The notes under the pieces are model-generated. The model was not told the origin of the DNA. It worked only from the letters and a program-made list of their open reading frames with translations, and ran no database searches. From assembly GCA_963666565.1 (NCBI GenBank), contig OY762911.1:2208001-2272000 (forward strand): a DNA stretch of 64,000 bases. The letters are read 5' to 3'. The translations under genes were made by a program, and so were the position numbers. Positions 55,801 through 64,000 of the stretch are shown one piece after another (the first letter of the stretch is position 1; each line of letters opens with the position of its first letter). Source of the DNA: Thermoanaerobaculia bacterium. Its GTDB lineage: Bacteria > Acidobacteriota > Thermoanaerobaculia > Multivoradales > Multivoraceae.

Positions 55801-56508
55801 CGCGTGCTCCTCGAGCAACGTCCAGTCGATCCGGGCCTCGCCCTTGGGATGGCTGAGCGCCCCCGCGGTCAGCAGGCGGCAGAGGTTGCGGTAGCCCTGC
55901 CGGCTCCGCACGAGCAGGTTGACGCGGGTCTCCCGGTCGTCCAGGGCGGGCCGCTCCTCGCGCCGGCGCGAGACGGACGACGCTTGCGGCCGGTCGATGA
56001 CCGCCTCGGCGCCGACCAGGGCCCGGATCCCCGCTTCCCGCGCCGCCTTGTAGAAGCGCGGCGCGCCGGAGACGCCGTTCCGGTCGACGAGGGCTACCGC
56101 CGGCAGCCCCAGCGCCGCCGCTCGCGCCACCAGATCCTCGGGCTGGGACGAGGCGCGCAGGAAGGAGAACGACGACGCCGCGTGGAGTTCGGCGTAGGGC
56201 GGGGGCCGAAGCCGGCGTTTCGGCGGAGTACGGAACCGTCGCCGTCGCAGTTGCTCCTTGACCGCGCCCGGCGCGGCGTAGCCGGGGTTCGGTTCACCCC
56301 GGGCGTCGAGCAGGCCGGCGCCGCCGCGGTCGCCGTAGCCGCTGCCCTTGCGCACGGAACCGGAGAGCCCCATGTTGCGGGCCGGCACGTCGACTTTGGG
56401 GTTTTGGACCTTGGGGTTCTGGACCTTGGGTTTGGGGGCCTCGGGGGTGGCAGGGCGGGTCCGGGAGCGGCTGTTGCGCCGATTCTTGACGGGGTCGTCT
56501 CCAGCCAT
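52804..56508 (-). CDS. dnaE2: Error-prone DNA polymerase III alpha subunit
   Basis: YAELHAASSFSFLRASS, QGRGSAANSAVCY, PDIDID, YGFPESHSASFA, RQRPGTARG and terminal SHDFR. Confidence 0.95.
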   Translation of the reverse strand: MAGDDPVKNRRNSRSRTRPATPEAPKPKVQNPKVQNPKVDVPARNMGLSGSVRKGSGYGDRGGAGLLDARGEPNPGYAAPGAVKEQLRRRRFRTPPKRRLRPPPYAELHAASSFSFLRASSQPEDLVARAAALGLPAVALVDRNGVSGAPRFYKAAREAGIRALVGAEAVIDRPQASSVSRRREERPALDDRETRVNLLVRSRQGYRNLCRLLTAGALSHPKGEARIDWTLLEEHAEGLHCLAGAETDPVGRALAREGLEAAGRQLERLYAVFPGRLHVELSRHGIRAEEHRNQALVRLADRLRVPVVATGGVRYAAARDKPLHDLMTAIRHHVTVDDAGARLARERQRRLRSPEEMHRLFADLPRAVHAAHELAVELDFTLADLGYRFPDYPVPEGETPISHLRELTWQGARERFRLLTAKAGAQLEKELALIEKLDLAGYFLIVWDVVRFCKEQRILAQGRGSAANSAVCYALSITAVDPVKMDLLFERFLSEERGEWPDIDIDLPSGDQREKVIQYVYRRYGRHGAAMTANVITYRDRMAAREAAKALGCSKSQVDRLAKGLGHWHYDLSRGDSKEMDEELTELGFDPRDRRIRIFVRLWRQLQNHPRHLGQHSGGMVLCAGRLDEIVPLEPAAMENRVIVQWDKDDCADLGLIKVDLLGLGMLNALEEAVPLIRRHEKKEIDLAHLPPDDPATYEMICRADTVGVFQIESRAQMASLPRHKPYRFYDLVIQIAIIRPGPIVGGIAHPFFERRVGREEVSYPHPLLEPILRRTLGVPIFQEQILKVAMVAAGFSGGEAEDLRRAMGFKRSVERMHEIEQRLRSGMNERGIAGEAQEQIVKAITSFALYGFPESHSASFALIAYASAYLKRHHPTAFFLSLLNAWPMGFYHPATLVREAQRAGSAVLPIDVNESGVRCRWQDRPEDAGEPGAPACHPCARLTGARSGSLVARLAPPGFSPGDAAGGEAPGPGDAAGGEAPGPGDAAGGEAPGPGEPPPAGAIRLGLRFVKGLRREAAERIEAEQAARRFASIEDLAERGRLRRNELVALASLGALGGLGESLGRRAALWQAAQVEKPKGPLFAGLSTAIPSPLAEMTPMEETAADFAVASMTTGPHPMEYYRRALDRRRVVPAAKLPDRPAGRRVRTAGSVIVRQRPGTARGLLFLTLEDETGMSQAVVMPDQLKKHRRTIVSSSGLIVEGVLQKKDGSLSVKGDKFWPIDRLERIPSHDFR
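53519..53626. repeat. In-frame 33-bp tandem repeat (3.3 copies) inside dnaE2
   Basis: Unit TCGCCCGGCCCTGGCGCCTCGCCGCCCGCGGCG, encoding (GDAAGGEAPGP)n. Confidence 0.92.
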
Positions 56509-56734
56509 CCGTCAAGCGTAAACCGGGCGGTAACGGAAAGCAAGATCGCGGAGGCACGTTCGCCGTCGTCCTCGACGTCCACCGGCGTCAGGCCAAGGGC
56601 GCTCGGCGCCTTGCGCCGGTCCATCGCCGGCGCAACGGCACGCTCGCCGTGCTGTGGCAACATGGAAGGGTGAACCCGGCAAGCGGTTTCATCCATTCAA
56701 GCCGTCGAGCGACAGAGCAACAGGAGATTTGGAA

Positions 56735-57055
56735 GTGGCGAAGTATCTGATCGAGGCGAACTACACTCACAACGGCGTCCAGGGCCTGATCCGGGAAGGC
56801 GGCAGCGGTCGCCGGAAGGCGCTCAGCGAGACCGTGGAGGGCGCCGGCGGCACGCTGGAGGCCATCTACTACGCGTTCGGCGGCGCCGACCTCCTGATGA
56901 TCGTCGATCTTCCGGACAACGAGACCGCGGCCGCCGTTTCGTTGACCCTGAATGCCGGCGGCGGCATCCAGGTGACGACGCGCGCCCTGATGACGCCGGA
57001 AGAGATCGACGCCGCCGCGGCGAAGAGCGTGCCCTACCGCGCACCCGGCGTCTGA
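56735..57055 (+). CDS. GYD-domain protein
   Basis: AGGAG RBS; KYLIEANYT..GVQGL, GGTLEAIYYAFG and YRAPG. Confidence 0.85.
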   Translation: MAKYLIEANYTHNGVQGLIREGGSGRRKALSETVEGAGGTLEAIYYAFGGADLLMIVDLPDNETAAAVSLTLNAGGGIQVTTRALMTPEEIDAAAAKSVPYRAPGV

Positions 57056-57069
57056 ACCCGAGCCGCCTG

Positions 57070-57130
57070 CTGGGTGCGCGGGTCCTCTGACCCGCTGCCG
57101 CCGAAGGCGGCCACAAAGACGCGCCGGCCG
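57070..57130 (+). repeat. REP-like family A copy (single arm)
   Basis: Identical to 1617-1660 over 44 bp. Confidence 0.85.
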
Positions 57131-57165
57131 TCAGGCCGTCGCCGCATCTGGCGATGCCGCGGCGG

Positions 57166-58974
57166 TCAGGGCGCCCGCAGCGGCTGGCGGGCCCGGTAGA
57201 GGGCCAGCCGGTCGAGCCGCTGCGGCGAGTTGCCGCCGGCGGTCTGGCGCTCCTGCTCGAGCGCGCGCTCCTGCCAGAGCACGGCGTCGTCGAACCGCCC
57301 GGCCTCGGCGTAGGCCATCGCCAGCGTTTCCAGGTGGTCGAGCGCCGGCTGTTCGTCGACCACCGACCGCGCCAGTTCGACCGCCCGGACGCCGTCGCGC
57401 ACCGTCTCCTCCGGGCTCACCGCGAGCAGCCGCGCGAGCAGGTGGCGGGTAGCGACGTCGCCGGGGAAGCGCTCCAGCGTCTCGTCGAGGGCTCGGCGCG
57501 CCTCCGCGTAGCGGCCGGTCTCGAACAGCATGAGCCCGAGATTGAACCGCGCCTGCAGGTCGTCCGGCGTCAGCGCCACGAGGGCCTGCAACTGGACGGC
57601 CGCCTCCTCTGCGCGGCCCGTGCCGACGAGCAGGGCGGCGAGCGTGCGCCGCACCTCGATCGTCCCGGGGTTCGCGGCGACGATCTGCCGGAGCTCGTCG
57701 ATTGCGCCGGCGGCGTTGCCGGAGCGCGCCCGCGCTTCCGCCCGCTGCCGCCGCCAGTGCAGGTTCTCCGGCATCAGGTCGGCCGCCCGCTCCAGGTGCG
57801 CCGCGCCCTCCGTTGCGCGGCCGGCGCGGTTCAGGAACATCGCGAGGGCGTAGTGCGCCGGACCGTGTTCCGGGTCGAGCTCGATCGTCCGGCGCAGATG
57901 CCGTTCGCCGCGCTCGTTCTCGCCGAGAACCAGCAGCGAGCCGGCGAGGCGGAAGTGAGCTTCTTCGTCGGTCTCGTCGGCCGCGAGGATCTCCTCGTAC
58001 AGCGCGACCGCCCGCTCGTGGTCGCCCTCCGCGGCCGCGGCGACGGCGCGGTCGAGCGGCAGCACGACGTCCTCCTCGAGAGGCCGCAGCCGCTCGATCA
58101 GCGGGTCGTACATCGGGATCAGGACGTCCCGGTTCAGCCGCCAGGCCTCGGCGGCGCGGTCGGCGTCGCCCAGGGCGCGGTAGGCGAGGCCGACGTGGTG
58201 GTTCGCCTCGCTGCCCTCGGGCTGGGACGCCGCGACTTCCTGGAAGATCTCGAGCGCCCGCGTCGGGTCGCCCCGCTCGAGCGCGATGTAGCCAAGCCCG
58301 ACGCGGGCGGTCGCGCTCTCGGGATAGGCGGCGACCGCCGCCTCGTAGGCGGCCGCCGCGGCGTCGACCTCGCCGGCGGCGATCAGGAGTTCGGCATGGC
58401 GGATCAGGGTCGGCGGATCGTCCGGCCGGATGGCGAGCGCATCCTCAGCGCTCGCGCGCGCCGCTTCCAGGTCGCCGGTCGCGATGTGGAGCAGCAGCTT
58501 GAAGTAGGCCCACTGGAAGTCCGCCGGCGCGAGTTGCCGGAGCTGGTCCAGGCAGGCCGCTGCCGCGTCGTGAAGCTCGTAGTGCAGGTAGCGCGAGCAG
58601 AGATCGCCGAAGGTGTTCGCCGCCAACTGCGCCTGCATCGGCTCGGCGGCATGTTGCAGCGCCCCGGCCGTCAACGTCCGGTAGTCCCGAAGCCGCTGCG
58701 CGTCGACGGCGGGCACCTGAGACAGATCCGGCGCCGGCATCTGATCGAGGTCGAGCGTCTCCTTGACGCGGCGGATCTCCAGGAGTTCGGCGAAGTCCTG
58801 GCCGGGTGCGGGCAAAGACGCAGCGAACAGCGCCGCCCCCATGACCAGGCTCGCGTGCCGGACGCTACGAACTCCCGGTCGCCGCTCGACCGGCCTCCTT
58901 GAGGAACTCACCGCTTCTGGAGACGAGCGTACTGATCGGTCGGGAGAGAAGACGTGGCTGTGAACCGAGTTCAC
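57166..58974 (-). CDS. Exported tetratricopeptide repeat protein
   Basis: Multiple TPR helices; C-terminal RDGxxAxxLA...LETLAMAYAEAGRF, similar to the end of 36019-38466. Start uncertain (58974 or 58842). Confidence 0.85.
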   Translation of the reverse strand: MNSVHSHVFSPDRSVRSSPEAVSSSRRPVERRPGVRSVRHASLVMGAALFAASLPAPGQDFAELLEIRRVKETLDLDQMPAPDLSQVPAVDAQRLRDYRTLTAGALQHAAEPMQAQLAANTFGDLCSRYLHYELHDAAAACLDQLRQLAPADFQWAYFKLLLHIATGDLEAARASAEDALAIRPDDPPTLIRHAELLIAAGEVDAAAAAYEAAVAAYPESATARVGLGYIALERGDPTRALEIFQEVAASQPEGSEANHHVGLAYRALGDADRAAEAWRLNRDVLIPMYDPLIERLRPLEEDVVLPLDRAVAAAAEGDHERAVALYEEILAADETDEEAHFRLAGSLLVLGENERGERHLRRTIELDPEHGPAHYALAMFLNRAGRATEGAAHLERAADLMPENLHWRRQRAEARARSGNAAGAIDELRQIVAANPGTIEVRRTLAALLVGTGRAEEAAVQLQALVALTPDDLQARFNLGLMLFETGRYAEARRALDETLERFPGDVATRHLLARLLAVSPEETVRDGVRAVELARSVVDEQPALDHLETLAMAYAEAGRFDDAVLWQERALEQERQTAGGNSPQRLDRLALYRARQPLRAP

Positions 58975-59393
58975 CGTTCAAGGGTCGCCGGGATCTCGCT
59001 TCCTTGGAGACCCTTCGCCAGCAGGTACTGCCGGATGCGGTTGAGAAACGCGGTTGCCCGGTCGTACTCGTCCTGAGCGTCCTCGCTGCTGAAGTGTGCG
59101 AAGACGTTGTAGTCGGCCCGGATCCGATCGTCGAGACCCTCGCTGAGTTCGCTGGCCCAATGCGGCTCGATCTCTCCGGTCTTCACCAGATGGAGGCCGA
59201 ACATGCTGCGTACGCCGGTATGGGTGGACGTCTCGACCTCGGGAACTGCGAGGGCTGCCTTGGCCGCGTGGAAGATCGAGTAGTAGCACCTGGCTATCGC
59301 ATCCTCAACGTGGCCGGTTTCCAAGAGCACCCGAGAGGCGCCCAGGGCCGCCAGCGCGCGTTGCCACTCGGCGCCGATGAGTCTGCGGTTCAA
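58971..59393 (-). CDS. HEPN domain protein (toxin of a HEPN-MNT pair)
   Basis: RCYYSIFHAAKAAL, THTGV and RIRADY; TTG start overlaps the MNT stop. Confidence 0.88.
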   Translation of the reverse strand: MNRRLIGAEWQRALAALGASRVLLETGHVEDAIARCYYSIFHAAKAALAVPEVETSTHTGVRSMFGLHLVKTGEIEPHWASELSEGLDDRIRADYNVFAHFSSEDAQDEYDRATAFLNRIRQYLLAKGLQGSEIPATLER

Positions 59394-59725
59394 AGGACGG
59401 GCACTCCTTCCCGCTCGACGGCGGCCCGGTAGGGGGAACGGAGACCTCTCAGCGATTCCCACTCGCCCTCCGTGTACGCCTGGATCGAGGGAGCCATGGC
59501 GGAGGTGGCGGCCATGGTGTAGCCGAGCCGGCGGAGAGGCCGCATCAGATCGGCGGCGTCGTCCCGGACGATGAGCAGGAGATCGATGTCGCTCTCATCG
59601 TGTGCGTCGCCGCGGGCTTTGGAGCCGTACACGACCAGACGCCGCACGGCGTCGGCGTGCTCGCGCTTCAGCGCCTCGCGGTACCCGTCGAGCCAAGCCT
59701 GTTCTTCGGGATGGAGCGTGAGCAT
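59390..59725 (-). CDS. Minimal nucleotidyltransferase (MNT) antitoxin
   Basis: YGSKARGDAHDESDIDLL (GSx10DxD) and VEREGV. Confidence 0.9.
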   Translation of the reverse strand: MLTLHPEEQAWLDGYREALKREHADAVRRLVVYGSKARGDAHDESDIDLLLIVRDDAADLMRPLRRLGYTMAATSAMAPSIQAYTEGEWESLRGLRSPYRAAVEREGVPVL

Positions 59726-59811
59726 GGTCTTCGTCCTTGCTTCGCCGTCTGGCGAGCCTTGCGCGGCCGATTCTACTTGGGGCTCGCCGGGAGTCCGTGG
59801 TCTCCGACAGC

Positions 59812-60210
59812 TCAGACCTGCTGGTGGAAGTAGTAGCAGAGCCCGTCCGGCGCGACGACGAAGAAGACCCGGAACTTCTTGCCGTCCCGCTTGTCGATGC
59901 GCCAGTTCCTGGCCTTGACGCCGTTGCTCTTCAACTCGGCTCGCGCGCGCTTGATGTCCGTAACCAGGATCGCGGCGCCGTCCATGCTGGCGTCGCCGCC
60001 GTTGATCGCGAAGCCGATGCGGACGCCGTCGCGCTCCAGGATGACGGTCGGCACCGGCTCGTCGCGCCGCTCGGTTTCCTCCATGCCGAAGGCGTCTGCG
60101 TACCACTGTGCGGTCGCGTCCAGGTCCTCGACCGGCAGGGCCAGCACGTCGTCCTGGAACGGGTAGGCGGCCTCGAACAGCTTCACGAAGTCGAGCCTAT
60201 CGACTGCCAT
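59812..60210 (-). CDS. VOC (glyoxalase/bleomycin resistance) family protein
   Basis: [18 protein letters not shown]...FFVVAPDG. Confidence 0.8.
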   Translation of the reverse strand: MAVDRLDFVKLFEAAYPFQDDVLALPVEDLDATAQWYADAFGMEETERRDEPVPTVILERDGVRIGFAINGGDASMDGAAILVTDIKRARAELKSNGVKARNWRIDKRDGKKFRVFFVVAPDGLCYYFHQQV

Positions 60211-60295
60211 CCGGGAACGCGGTCATGCCGGCCGCAGCCGGCGGAACGCGCCGGCCTTGCGCCGGGCGGCGCGGGTCGTGGAATCATCAGCCGCC

Positions 60296-60685
60296 ATGGA
60301 CCGCGAAGCTCTCGACCGCGCCCGGCACAAGGCGGAGGCCATCGGCATCGCCAACGTGCGGCGGCACATCTTCCTCTGCTGCGACCAGACGAAGCCGAAG
60401 TGCTGCGACCGTGAGCTGTCGCTCGAGTCCTGGGCCTTCCTCAAGCGCCGGCTCGTCGAGACCGGCCTCACCGAGTCCGGGACGGTGATGCGGACGAAGG
60501 CGAACTGCCTCCGCATCTGCGACGCCGGCCCGGTCGCCGTCGTCTATCCCGAGGGAGTCTGGTACTGGGGCTGCACCCCCGAAGTCCTGGAACGGGTGAT
60601 CCAGGAGCACCTGATCGGCGGCCGGGTGGTGGCGGAGCAGGTGATCGCCGGTCAGGCGCCCCGGCCCGCTCCGCCGGCCGATTGA
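60296..60685 (+). CDS. Thioredoxin-like (2Fe-2S) ferredoxin
   Basis: RHIFLC...KCC...[20 protein letters not shown]...IQEHLIGG. Confidence 0.92.
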   Translation: MDREALDRARHKAEAIGIANVRRHIFLCCDQTKPKCCDRELSLESWAFLKRRLVETGLTESGTVMRTKANCLRICDAGPVAVVYPEGVWYWGCTPEVLERVIQEHLIGGRVVAEQVIAGQAPRPAPPAD

Positions 60686-60727
60686 GGCGTACTGGTGCGG
60701 TCGATCTCCAGTCAGGCCGCAAGGGCT

Positions 60728-60871
60728 ACTTGTAGCAGTCTGCCCTACTTTTTCTTGAATCGCTAAAAGCTGGGCAACTTCCTATAAGTGACCCGCAACC
60801 CCACAACTTGTAGCAGTCTGTCCCGCTTTTTCCCGAATCGCTAAAAGCTGGACAACTTCCTATAATCGACC
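60728..60871 (+). repeat. AT-rich ~66-bp direct repeat (two copies, period 78) containing a promoter
   Basis: ACTTGTAGCAGTCTG...GAATCGCTAAAAGCTGG.CAACTTCCTATAA at 60728 and 60806; TATAAT at 60861-60866. Confidence 0.85.
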
Positions 60872-60872
60872 G

Positions 60873-62063
60873 ATGGACCCGACTCGCAACCCGTACAGCC
60901 CTGGCGCCGGAAGCCCTCCGCCGGCCCTTGTAGGCCGCGGCGCCGAGCTTGAGGCGGTCCGCATCGCCATCGAGCGGCTTCGGCTCGGCCGTTCGGCCAG
61001 GAGCATGGTCCTGACCGGCCTTCGCGGGGTCGGCAAGACGGTCCTCCTGCAGGAGTTCCGCCGGTTGGGGCAAGGGAGGAGTTGGGTCTGCCGACCGCTT
61101 GAGGCTGGCCGTGGAATGAGCCTTCCCAACGCCATGGCCGACCTGGTTCGCAAGGTGCTCTTGCGTCTTTCGCCGGCTCACGACCTGGCCGACCGCGTTC
61201 GCCGGGCGCTCGGAGTGCTCAAGTCGTTCCAGATGAGGTGGAACCTCCCGGATGGAAGCGATCTGACCGTCGGCCTCGATTCCGTGCCCGGATGGGCGGA
61301 TTCCGGGCTCCTGGACGAGGATCTGGCCGGTCTCTTCACCGAAGTCGGCGAGGCCGCCCGGGATCGAGGCCGCGGCGTGCTGGTCACGCTCGACGAGGTT
61401 CAGTATCTGAAGAGGGAGGACCTGGGCGCGCTGATCGTCGGCTTGCACCAGATCAGTCAGAACCAGTTGCCGTTTCTTCTGATCGCGGCCGGCCTGCCGT
61501 CGGTGCCGGCGCTTGCCGCCGAGGCCAGGTCCTATGCCGAGCGTCTGTTCGACTTCTGGACGATCAACAGTCTCGGCGACGACGATGTCAGAGAGGCCTT
61601 GGTGACGCCGGCAGAGCAGGAGGGAGTAGTCTGGGAGGACGAGGCGCTGGACCGGATCGTCGCCAGAACGGAGGGCTACCCCTACTTCGTCCAGGAGTTC
61701 GGCAAGCAGTCATGGGACGTGGCCGAAGGCGCCGACAGGATCACTGCCACCGATGTCGACGCGGGCGTTCCGCTCGCGGTCGACGAGTTGGACACGGGGT
61801 TCTTTCGGGTCCGGGTCGACGGGACGAGCGACGCGGAACGTGAGTACCTGGCCGCCATGGCTTCTCTGGGAAAGGGACCCCATGCTTCCGGCCGGGTTGC
61901 CGCGGCGATGGGGAAGGACACGCCGGGCGTGGGAGCCTTGCGCCACAAGTTGATCGCGAAAGGGCTCTGCTACTCGCCCCGGTACGGCGAGATCGACTTC
62001 ACCGTGCCCCTGTTCGACGACTTCGTGCGACGCCGCCTGCGCCCGCTGACCGAACCGGATTGA
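60873..62063 (+). CDS. AAA-family ATP-binding protein with C-terminal winged helix
   Basis: NPYSPGAG, Walker A GLRGVGKT, Walker B TLDEVQ, GYPYFVQ and FTVPLF. Confidence 0.88.
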   Translation: MDPTRNPYSPGAGSPPPALVGRGAELEAVRIAIERLRLGRSARSMVLTGLRGVGKTVLLQEFRRLGQGRSWVCRPLEAGRGMSLPNAMADLVRKVLLRLSPAHDLADRVRRALGVLKSFQMRWNLPDGSDLTVGLDSVPGWADSGLLDEDLAGLFTEVGEAARDRGRGVLVTLDEVQYLKREDLGALIVGLHQISQNQLPFLLIAAGLPSVPALAAEARSYAERLFDFWTINSLGDDDVREALVTPAEQEGVVWEDEALDRIVARTEGYPYFVQEFGKQSWDVAEGADRITATDVDAGVPLAVDELDTGFFRVRVDGTSDAEREYLAAMASLGKGPHASGRVAAAMGKDTPGVGALRHKLIAKGLCYSPRYGEIDFTVPLFDDFVRRRLRPLTEPD

Positions 62064-62107
62064 GGCGATCGTCGGACGCCGAGGCGGGCGCTTCGTCTGT
62101 CCTCGTT

Positions 62108-63745
62108 TCAGTCGTACACCCCGTCCGCGAACCAGCGCTCCGACGTCCGGTCCCGGTAGATCCGGCACACCGCGCCGCTTCGCAGTTCCACGTCCCAGTA
62201 GTCCCGCAGCGCCGGCGCCTTTCGCCACCAACCCTCTTCGATCTCCCAGGGACCGGCGGCGACGCGGACCGCGCCCTCGATGCGGACGTGGCGCTCCTCG
62301 GTGGGCAGGGGATTGATCCGCACCGGCGCCGGGCAGGGCGCGCGGTCCTCGTCCTCGGCGGTCAGCACCTCGACCTCGACCGGCGGCCGCAGGGTACGCA
62401 CCGCCAGCAAGCCGCGGCCGGGCCGGGGTTCGAGTCGGATGCGGGGCGGCGGAGGCGGATCGTAGTCGGCCAGCCGGAAACGTTCCGGCAGGTGGCCGTT
62501 CCGGGTACGCGGCGAGCCGACCCGGTTCGGGCCGAGCAGGGCGAGCAGTCGGGCGGTGACGGCGGCCAGACGGTCGGGCGACAGGGCGGCCGGGCCGAGC
62601 AGGCTGAGCTGGATCTCTCGCGGAACGTCGGGATGGGCGAGCAGTTGCATGGACGTGATCGGCGCCCGCGGCGGCTCTCCCTCCAGGTGGAGGCGGACGA
62701 GCGACAGCAGCGTCCGCGCCTCGCGGGTGGGCGCCGGCAGTTCGATGGCCAGTTCGTGGAGGCCCTCGGGTTCGAGCTTGAGCGACAGTTCGAGCCGCTT
62801 GCAGCCCATGCCACGGGCGTCGAGCCGGGCCGTCAGGCGGGAGGCGGCGCCGCGGGCGGCGAACAGGAACGGTTCCAGGTTGTCGATCGGCCACTCGAAG
62901 GTCTGCGCCTCGCGGAAGGCGGGCGGTGGCGGACGGGGCGTTAGCGGCGCCGGGTCGAACCCCCGGGCAGCGGCGTGCAGCGCCGCGCCGCGCTCGCCGA
63001 GCCGGCTGTGGACCTCGCCCGCGGGCAGGCCGGCCAGATCGCCGACCGTGCGCAGGCCCCAGAGCTTCAGCGTGTGGAAAATCTCTTCGTCGTCGCCGTC
63101 CCGCGCCCCGGGAACGCGGGCGTCCTGCCCGCCCCGGGAGCGCTTCGGCGCGTGGAGGCTCTCCCGGCCGACCGCCGCCGCGCTGCCGGAACCGCCGCCG
63201 CCGCGCTTGAACAGGGACTCGAGCAGCAACGGCGCCAGGAACCGGGCCTCGCCGCGGGGCGCCACGACGTTCGGCGACCGCGGCAGGGCGGCCGCGGCCC
63301 GCGCCGCCAGCTTGCTGCCGGCGATGCCGACCCGGCCGGGGAGGCCGGCGGCGTCCATGTCCCGCATGATCGACTGGCCGAGGCCGTGCTCGTCGCCGTC
63401 GACGCCGGCCAGGTCGAGGTAGACCATGCCTTCGCCGGCGTCTTCCACCCGGGGTGAGAAGCCGCCGGCGATCTCGAGCAGCACCTCCTGCGCGGTGCGC
63501 TCGCGCTCCGGGTCGCGGACGCGGTCGACCAGGCCGGACTCGATGTTGCGGGCCTGGGCCACGGTCAGCCCCGGCCGCACCCCCGCGCGCCGCGCCAGCC
63601 GGGAAGCGGCGACGATCCGCGCCGACGGACCTTCGTGGACCACGACCGCCTCGCGGACGAGTTCCGGCGCCCCGCGCAGGTAGGCGGCGAGAGGAAACAA
63701 CGCCGCCCTCATGCAGGCGATGCGCGCCTTGCGCTCAGTCGGCAT
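62108..63745 (-). CDS. imuB: Y-family DNA polymerase-like mutasome protein
   Basis: GVRPGLTVAQAR, FSPRVE..YLD, WGLRTVGDLA, clamp-binding-like QLSLL and GPWEIEEGWW...RDYW...WFADGVYD. Confidence 0.88.
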   Translation of the reverse strand: MPTERKARIACMRAALFPLAAYLRGAPELVREAVVVHEGPSARIVAASRLARRAGVRPGLTVAQARNIESGLVDRVRDPERERTAQEVLLEIAGGFSPRVEDAGEGMVYLDLAGVDGDEHGLGQSIMRDMDAAGLPGRVGIAGSKLAARAAAALPRSPNVVAPRGEARFLAPLLLESLFKRGGGGSGSAAAVGRESLHAPKRSRGGQDARVPGARDGDDEEIFHTLKLWGLRTVGDLAGLPAGEVHSRLGERGAALHAAARGFDPAPLTPRPPPPAFREAQTFEWPIDNLEPFLFAARGAASRLTARLDARGMGCKRLELSLKLEPEGLHELAIELPAPTREARTLLSLVRLHLEGEPPRAPITSMQLLAHPDVPREIQLSLLGPAALSPDRLAAVTARLLALLGPNRVGSPRTRNGHLPERFRLADYDPPPPPRIRLEPRPGRGLLAVRTLRPPVEVEVLTAEDEDRAPCPAPVRINPLPTEERHVRIEGAVRVAAGPWEIEEGWWRKAPALRDYWDVELRSGAVCRIYRDRTSERWFADGVYD

Positions 63746-63921
63746 GATGCGGTCCGCGGCCGCAGGCGGCCGACGAGCAGTGATCCTCGGCCGCCCTCAT
63801 GCAGGCGATGCGCGCCTTGCGCTCAGTCGGCATGATGCGGTCCGCGGCCGCAGGCGGCCGACGAGCAGCGATCCTCGGCCGCCCTCATGCAGGCGATGCG
63901 GGACTTGCGCTCAGCCGGCAC
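63702..63921. repeat. 88-bp tandem repeat (2.5 copies) spanning the imuB start
   Basis: GCCGCCCTCATGCAGGCGATGCG recurs with its ATG at 63711, 63799 and 63887. Confidence 0.92.
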
Positions 63922-64000
63922 GGCGCAGAACCTCGACTGGCGTGCCGGCGGCGCGGCGGTTCTCTGTCCGGTGAGCTGGCGCGTCGGGCAGGGGACGCCG
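63911..64000 (-). CDS. 3' end of an upstream gene (position expected for imuA); partial
   Basis: Open frame ...RRAAGTPVEVLRRAG* running off the window; identity inferred from position only. Confidence 0.35.
   Translation of the reverse strand, partial: RRPLPDAPAHRTENRRAAGTPVEVLRRAG

Noticed and set aside
60728-60871. Direct repeats as a CRISPR array
   Set aside because: Only two long imperfect copies with a 12-bp gap; no spacers and no cas genes. The same applies to the 88-bp and 33-bp tandem repeats.

Overview
High-GC bacterial chromosomal segment. The gene style (sulfatase-TPR and FG-GAP/ASPIC-TPR proteins, secreted proteins with an 'LFxFFxxxNxExLxKVxDGC' domain) suggests Acidobacteriota, possibly Thermoanaerobaculia-like; this is an inference. 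1-34 kb is mostly housekeeping. It holds sulfur/methionine genes, a two-component pair, FKBP and uppP, then an ilvE-ilvB-ilvN-ilvC-leuA-leuC-leuD-leuB operon under a visible Leu/Val leader-peptide attenuator. An SNF2 helicase, cimA, gcvP, a Na/Ca antiporter, a Glu/Leu/Phe/Val dehydrogenase, fdhD and a YdeP-like molybdoenzyme follow. The strongest unusual signal is at 34129-38466. Two ORFs in the same frame are separated only by a UGA, and 11 nt later comes a 17-nt hairpin closely resembling the E. coli fdhF SECIS. This predicts one ~1445-aa selenoprotein (FG-GAP propeller-Sec-ASPIC/UnbV-thioredoxin CxxC-TPR). 38.5-52.8 kb is an accessory region. It has a duplicated structured RNA-like leader with compensatory changes, a family of modular secreted proteins, and two Rpn nuclease genes with internal antitoxin-like start sites plus an Rpn remnant. 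The Rpn copies bracket cargo cassettes, including a restriction-modification-like pair. The end holds dnaE2 and imuB separated by ~5.6 kb of other genes, including a HEPN-MNT pair. REP/REPIN-like palindromic elements are scattered between genes. I saw no rRNA, tRNA or CRISPR array.
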